Below, piece by piece: positions 58,632-64,000 of a stretch of 64,000 nt of DNA. The notes beneath the pieces are model-generated. The model saw only the letters and a list, made by a program, of their open reading frames with translations, ran no database searches and had not been told where the DNA came from. The stretch is taken from the NCBI GenBank assembly GCA_965205485.1, contig OZ242180.1, positions 3,392,001-3,456,000 of the forward strand. Reading direction: 5' to 3'. The translations under genes were made by a program, and so were the position numbers. The stretch's first letter is position 1, and each line of letters opens with the position of its first letter. The stretch is from Candidatus Latescibacterota bacterium (GTDB taxonomy: Bacteria; Latescibacterota; UBA2968; GCA-2709665).

Positions 58632-59591
58632 ATGGACAAGATATCAATTGCAACCTGGAAAGCCGAAGACCTGGCGCAGGTGATGGACCTCTGGCAGAGG
58701 ACGTTTGCAGCCCGGAAATACGAATTCCGGATCGATGAAGCCGGTTTTCGGCAACGGGTCCTGGCGCATCAGGACTTCGACCCGGAGGGGGCGATTACAG
58801 CGAAGGTGGAAGGCAGGGTTGTGGGGTTCGTGCTGGCCGTCGCGCCCGGTGTCGAAGAGACGGGATTCCTGAGCGTGTTGATCGTGGATTCGGATTATCG
58901 GCGAACGGGGATTGGCGGCAGGCTCCTGGACGCCGCGGAGGAGTTTCTATCCGGTTGCGGCAAGACGGAGATGCGGATCGGTTACAAGGGAAATCCTATT
59001 ACCTTCGCGACCGGCGTCGATATGAAGACCGCGGCCTATACGTTTTTCCTGAATCAAGGTTTTCGCAACCGCGGGTCGGTGAGTCTGTTTATGGAAACGA
59101 CGTTCGCGGAGTTTGAGCTTCGGGAGGAGATTAAGGGTTATATCGAAGAAAACCGGTCTCGGGGTATCCTGTTCGGTTTCTGCGAAGCGGGGCATCGGAA
59201 TGCGCTGGGTGAGTTTATGGAAGCACTGTTCCCGGGTGGTTGGGAGGCTTCTGTAAAGTCCTGTCTGGACGGCGATCCGCCCTATCCCGTGTTAATCGCG
59301 ACACACGGGCCGGCGGTGGTGGGTTTTGCCGGGCCGGTCCGAATTGGAAATGATGGAAGGGGCGGCTTTACCGGGATCGGGACGCGCCCGAACTACCGGC
59401 GGGGCAAGATCGGAACGGTGCTGTTCAATCTGATGTGCGCGGAGTTTAAGAAACGCGGTGTGGTACGCAATACGCTCCATACCGGACTGAACAATCCGGC
59501 CCAGGAGATATATTTCGGCGCGGGGTACAGGGTGCGCCAACTGGTGGATTACGGCCTGGTGAAACGGTTAGACTCACACCTGAAGACTTAA
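58632..59591 (+). CDS. Tandem-GNAT acetyltransferase
   Basis: Two motif A copies: 'YRRTGIG' and 'YRRGKIG'. Confidence 0.85.
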   Translation: MDKISIATWKAEDLAQVMDLWQRTFAARKYEFRIDEAGFRQRVLAHQDFDPEGAITAKVEGRVVGFVLAVAPGVEETGFLSVLIVDSDYRRTGIGGRLLDAAEEFLSGCGKTEMRIGYKGNPITFATGVDMKTAAYTFFLNQGFRNRGSVSLFMETTFAEFELREEIKGYIEENRSRGILFGFCEAGHRNALGEFMEALFPGGWEASVKSCLDGDPPYPVLIATHGPAVVGFAGPVRIGNDGRGGFTGIGTRPNYRRGKIGTVLFNLMCAEFKKRGVVRNTLHTGLNNPAQEIYFGAGYRVRQLVDYGLVKRLDSHLKT

Positions 59592-59647
59592 ACTCAGATT
59601 ACGTAGATGTATAATCATGCTTGCTTGCATACGTAATGGTGTTGGAA

Positions 59648-59739
59648 CCCCCCCCACCGCATCAGCAGTCACCGGCCCTTCGACAAGCTCAGGGGACGGC
59701 TCTGCTTCTGCGACTCCCCCTCAAGGGGGGAGTAATTGG
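59648..59739 (+). repeat. Composite palindromic repeat (homolog of 41187-41321)
   Basis: CCCCCCACCGCATCAGC...GCTTCTGCGACTCCCCCTCAAGGGGGGAGT. Confidence 0.75.
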
Positions 59740-59934
59740 TTTATCAAGCCGGCGCGTGCATTTCTTGCCACCCATTCGGTTGCGGCTGAGCATTGCGAAG
59801 CCACGCTATGGTAATCGGGAACAATTCGGCTTTCTCTTGAAACGCTCTGGCATGGCTATGACGCCGCGATCCCGGTTCGTGAACGGCAGGGACATGGTCG
59901 AATACTAATTTCGGCATTGACGGGAACGCAGACG

Positions 59935-60615
59935 ATGGGCCCAAAGACTGACGACCATGGATGGGGAGATGAAGTCAAGCCGCGCTCGGGTCACAGCGGT
60001 CGCGCCGGTATCGACAGAATATTAAAAGAGGTACGGCGAGGTGATTTGAGTGCAGTAAAACGGCACCTCGAGCGTGATCCGTCGCTGCTGCAGGCGAAAA
60101 GCGGCGGGCACAATCGGACGTTTCTGTGGGAAGCGACGCGCGGCAACCGGATAAATGTCGTGCGGTTTTTGTTGCGGGCGGGAGCGGATCCCAATGTCCC
60201 GGGTCGGACTCGTGCGGAGATACCGGTGCTCCTGAAGCCCTATTGTATCGCGCGGCGCTATCGCAGGCCCGAAATCGCTGACCTGCTGGCTAAAGCGGGT
60301 TCCGTCATGGATATCTATTCGGCGTGTTTCCTGGGGGACGTGGACCGCGTGAAGCAGTGCCTGCAAGCAGATCCGCGTCTGCTGACCGAAGAACAGGACG
60401 ACGACTCCGTCTGGCGCGTGACCCCATTGCACTATGCGGTGACTGGAGGCCACGAGCAACTCAGCCGGTGGTTGATCAGCGAGGGCGCGCTCGTGAAGCC
60501 GTATACACGGTTGTTGTGCGATGCGGCCGTAAGGATGAAACACGCGCACCTGCTACCCGTTCTGGAAGAGGGTGGCGCCGATCCTGAACTGCTCGAGAAC
60601 TGGGGCGAAATTTGA
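59935..60615 (+). CDS. Ankyrin-repeat protein
   Basis: 'LLRAGADPN' and 'TPLHYAVTGGH'. Confidence 0.8.
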   Translation: MGPKTDDHGWGDEVKPRSGHSGRAGIDRILKEVRRGDLSAVKRHLERDPSLLQAKSGGHNRTFLWEATRGNRINVVRFLLRAGADPNVPGRTRAEIPVLLKPYCIARRYRRPEIADLLAKAGSVMDIYSACFLGDVDRVKQCLQADPRLLTEEQDDDSVWRVTPLHYAVTGGHEQLSRWLISEGALVKPYTRLLCDAAVRMKHAHLLPVLEEGGADPELLENWGEI

Positions 60616-60693
60616 ATCTGTCGCTACGCATTCGTGGTCCGCGGGCAACTTGGATAAGTAAATGGGTTCCATCTTCAGTTCGAGGAGGATGAC

Positions 60694-61500
60694 TTGTCAG
60701 ATCCCCTTCATTTCGTCCACATCAGCGACACACACTTGGGACACAAGAGAGATTGGGTCGCTCTGGGCAACCACCCTTTCCGAAATCTGCTGCAGGTCCT
60801 TGATGCGATCGATAGCCTTCCGACCCGGCCTCGATTCATAATTCATACCGGCGACGTCGCGAATCATGACACGGAAGTCGCATACGAGTTGGCTGCCGAA
60901 GCATTCTCGCAGGTCGCAATTCCGATGTACTTCGTCACAGGAAACCATGATACCCGCGATTATATGCGCAAACATCTGTCGATGGGGCCCAGAGAGGATG
61001 TCCTGTCCGATTCAGATCTGAACTGTTATCGATTCTCCATTGAAGGCGAGCGGTTTCTGGTTCTGGATTCGAAACAGCCTTACGATGAAGCCGGCCACTT
61101 TGGCAAGGTGACGGAAGACCAGCTGGATTTCGTTCGAACGGAGGTTGGCCGGCACAACGGGTCATTGACTGTCTTCATTCATCATTCGCCGCTCGATATG
61201 GATTCCAGGTGGTACTCCAAATACGTGGGAATGCTGAATGGTTCGGAACTACATGAAGCGTTGTTGCCGGCAAGAGATCGAGTCCGGGGCGTTTTCTTCG
61301 GACACGTTCATCGTGGGACCCACATACACAAGGACGGCATCGCGTACATCAGCGTTGGAAGCACATTCTGCCAGCTGAACTATTGGCCCGATGAACAGAA
61401 AGTGAACTTTGACGAAAAGCATCCGCCGTGCTTCAACTTTGTCACCCTCCATGCGGACAGAACAATCGTCAAGGAGCACACGGTCGCTCCGGACGAATAG
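60694..61500 (+). CDS. Metallophosphoesterase (CpdA/Icc-like cyclic-nucleotide phosphodiesterase)
   Basis: 'HISDTH', 'HTGDVA', 'GNHD', 'IHHSP' and 'GHVH'. Confidence 0.85.
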   Translation: MSDPLHFVHISDTHLGHKRDWVALGNHPFRNLLQVLDAIDSLPTRPRFIIHTGDVANHDTEVAYELAAEAFSQVAIPMYFVTGNHDTRDYMRKHLSMGPREDVLSDSDLNCYRFSIEGERFLVLDSKQPYDEAGHFGKVTEDQLDFVRTEVGRHNGSLTVFIHHSPLDMDSRWYSKYVGMLNGSELHEALLPARDRVRGVFFGHVHRGTHIHKDGIAYISVGSTFCQLNYWPDEQKVNFDEKHPPCFNFVTLHADRTIVKEHTVAPDE

Positions 61501-61550
61501 ACCGCCGGCGACAAGACGTAACCGTGCGCAAAGAGTGGAAAGCGAGGAAT

Positions 61551-61760
61551 GTAGTCGGCGAGAACCTCATACGGGAGTTGTCACAATTCAACCCGCACTG
61601 GCGCTACCAATGCGATGCAGAGAAGAGACGGCTTTTCGCCTCTCGTGGGGACGCGTCCCTCGAATTCGAGCATATCGGAACCACATCCGTGAACGGTCTT
61701 GGATCAAGACCATTCATTGACATAGGCGTGATGTCCGATCGAACGGAGGGCGGCGCGTGA
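61551..61760 (+). pseudogene. GrpB (UPF0157) family N-terminal fragment
   Basis: 'FNPHW...FEHIGTTSVNGLGSRPFIDI' followed by a stop. Confidence 0.65.
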
Positions 61761-61792
61761 CCCGGCGACGGGTGATCTGATGTGGCCTCAAC

Positions 61793-62356
61793 ATGGACGG
61801 AACATACTTCGACACGATCATCGCCAGATATCCCACACTGAGTGGCTCGATGGGGCAACTTCGTCCCGATGTCCACTTCCGCAGATTTGAAGAGAAGTTG
61901 GCCTCGACGATTTGCGGCTCCTCGTACGTCATTCCTTTCGTCTCCAATAGTCACTGCCTCGTCACCAGGCGTTCCAACGGGAAATGGGTATTGCCGGGAG
62001 GAACGCTCGAACCCGGGGAGACATGGGAGGAGGCTGGGCGCCGCGAGCTGTTGGAGGAAACGGGGAGCATTCCTGGAAATCTCCATCCGATCGGAATGTA
62101 TTACTGCGTGTCCGGAGTTGACCGCCCCCGGCTATCCCAGTTTCCGCACCCGGAACACGTTCGGGTCGTATCGTGGGCAAACGTGGTACAAAACACAGTG
62201 AAAAGACCCGATCCGGACTCAAACAGCAGAATTGTGGAAGTACGGACAGTCCACTACAAACGAGCAGCGGCGCTGTTCGGTCCTGAAGCTGCGGACTTCG
62301 GGGAACTTTATCAACTCGCTCATGAATTCAAGCAGAGCCAATGTTCCAGGTCGTGA
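61793..62356 (+). CDS. NUDIX hydrolase
   Basis: 'PGGTLEPGETWEEAGRRELLEETG'. Confidence 0.85.
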   Translation: MDGTYFDTIIARYPTLSGSMGQLRPDVHFRRFEEKLASTICGSSYVIPFVSNSHCLVTRRSNGKWVLPGGTLEPGETWEEAGRRELLEETGSIPGNLHPIGMYYCVSGVDRPRLSQFPHPEHVRVVSWANVVQNTVKRPDPDSNSRIVEVRTVHYKRAAALFGPEAADFGELYQLAHEFKQSQCSRS

Positions 62357-62552
62357 AAGGATAGTTGCCCGCCAATTTCAATCACGACGTCGCGTAACCA
62401 GAAACAGCGAGCAGGTTTTCTGCCATAAGTCGAAGTAGCACCCGGCCCGATCATCGATTCGAGCACCGCCTCGGTTACTAAAACCGGCCATTGTCCTGCA
62501 TTGAGCACTGCCTCAGTTCCGGACCCTCTGGTCAACAAAGGAGGTAGCGTTC

Positions 62553-62936
62553 ATGGGCGATTCATCGAATTTCCCCGATTCAGTTGAACTGGGGCGCATG
62601 GCGCCCTGCATTGCAGTCAGCAATGTCGAGAAGTCCGTGGCATTCTACGCGTCGATGCTGGGAATGCGCAAGACGTTCGAGAACGGGAATCCGGTCGGGT
62701 TTGTGATCATGAAGAAAGACCGGGCCGAGTTGCACCTGTCGTTGCGCCGTGACAAAGAGTCAAGCACTCACAACGTCGCGCACCTGAAAGTGAGTGATGC
62801 GAACGCGCTTTACAATCATCTCAGCAACTCGGGAGTACGGATCATCAAGGGACTGCGCGATCAGCAATACGGTCTTCGGGACTTCGTCATCGCAGACCCT
62901 GATGGCAATCGAATTGACATAGGGCAACCGCTTTAA
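62553..62936 (+). CDS. VOC/glyoxalase (bleomycin-resistance-like) protein
   Basis: AAGGAGG RBS; 'YGLRDFVIADPDGNRIDIG'. Confidence 0.85.
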   Translation: MGDSSNFPDSVELGRMAPCIAVSNVEKSVAFYASMLGMRKTFENGNPVGFVIMKKDRAELHLSLRRDKESSTHNVAHLKVSDANALYNHLSNSGVRIIKGLRDQQYGLRDFVIADPDGNRIDIGQPL

Positions 62937-63051
62937 GGAGCCCTGCTGGCAAAACGCGATGATCGGGCCCGGGACCCTTCGCTGACTTCATCGTCGCCCT
63001 GGCAGGCTTCACCTGCGCTGCCGGCGTCGGTGATATTTCAAGGAAATCGAA

Positions 63052-63933
63052 TTGAAGCGAATCATCCACGTCGTCGGGCTTCAGAAATCAGGCACTTCTC
63101 TCCTGGTCAGAATGCTCGAGAACACCGGCATGGCCGAATTCCTCGGAGGGCGAGGAAGAACAGAAGGCGGAATAGACTGGGGCAACAGGCCGTCGTTTAC
63201 GCCCACGGCGTTTCCTGCCGGTGTCATCTATCAGCGAAATTCGGGAGACGAGGGTCATGAGATTGGCGCCGGCGATGCGACTCCGGACACGGTGGAGTAC
63301 GTACGCAGGGATGCGGAAGCCAGACTTGATTCCCTTCCAACGGAATTGGGCATCAGCAAATGCCCGTACAGTACGGTTCGGCTTCCCTGGATCAGGGCAA
63401 TTCTACCTGGTATGTTCGTTGTTGCCGTTGTCAGAAAACCGGTCTCGAATACCTTCTCGCTTCTCAAACGATTCCGGCACGTCGACGGATCGCGCGGGCC
63501 GGAAGACGGCTGGTGGGGTGTCAAGCCATGCGGATGGCGGGAAATGGTATCTTCCGACAAGATCACTCAGGTTGCAAACCAGTGGAACGCCGTCAATTCA
63601 AAGCTGTGGCAGGACCGCCGGCTGGTTGATCGGTTCGTTCGGTACGACATCCTGTGTCGATACCCTAAGGAAACCCTTGAGGGGTTGCTGGGCGGTGCGC
63701 TTGAAGAAAAAGTGACTCTGGAGCGCGAATTCCCGGTGCTTCGAGACTTCGACGATGAATACCTCAGGGGTTCAGGACTCGAGCCCAAGCGGCGGAAGTG
63801 GATAGACTTGAACGAACTGGTCCTGTTTCGAGATGACGACCCGGAAATCGGTCCCCTGTCCACCAACGAGATCGACACTGTCAGACAGATCTGTGAGAGT
63901 ACTTCCCGAACGCTTGGTCTGATGGACTGTTGA
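63052..63933 (+). CDS. Sulfotransferase family protein
   Basis: 'VGLQKSGTS', 'SKCP' and 'VVRKP'. Confidence 0.75.
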   Translation: MKRIIHVVGLQKSGTSLLVRMLENTGMAEFLGGRGRTEGGIDWGNRPSFTPTAFPAGVIYQRNSGDEGHEIGAGDATPDTVEYVRRDAEARLDSLPTELGISKCPYSTVRLPWIRAILPGMFVVAVVRKPVSNTFSLLKRFRHVDGSRGPEDGWWGVKPCGWREMVSSDKITQVANQWNAVNSKLWQDRRLVDRFVRYDILCRYPKETLEGLLGGALEEKVTLEREFPVLRDFDDEYLRGSGLEPKRRKWIDLNELVLFRDDDPEIGPLSTNEIDTVRQICESTSRTLGLMDC

Positions 63934-64000
63934 TTGTTGTGATCCCTGCGCGGTGTAGTTTGCTGGCACGGGTTTTGTTGCAGTAGAAAACGTCGAGTGA

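Noticed and set aside
1..64000. Integron integrase, transposase, RAYT or reverse transcriptase gene
   Set aside because: I recognised no tyrosine-recombinase, DDE, HUH or YxDD motifs in the ORF track. Any mobiliser must lie outside the window or be lost.
1..64000. Prophage or biosynthetic gene cluster as the cause of co-orientation
   Set aside because: There are no phage structural or replication genes and no core biosynthetic enzymes. Neighbouring genes are functionally unrelated.

Overview
This 64 kb bacterial window is an almost perfectly co-oriented array: about 64 genes or gene fragments on the + strand against 2 on the - strand (a methyltransferase pseudogene and higA, plus a few-codon higB remnant). 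Most genes are short and functionally unrelated: GNATs, an AAC(3), APH-like kinases, nucleotidyltransferases, NUDIX, VOC, SAM methyltransferases, sulfotransferases, HNH, HEPN-like, Sir2-like, ankyrin, RidA and a Map paralog. A dozen or more intergenic regions hold intact or decayed attC-like hairpins, and one cassette (13760-14437) keeps the diagnostic end-to-end complementarity. The best reading is an old, eroding integron gene-cassette array with no integrase in this window. It is interleaved with GC-rich, host-like genes that lack attC, often directly against truncated cassette remnants. The array is colonised by two MITE families, both inserted in one DUF2442 gene that can be fully reconstructed, and by at least five REP-like repeat families. 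I saw no rRNA, tRNA, CRISPR array, integrase or transposase. Product calls come from motif recognition by eye, not database searches, and most start codons are estimates.
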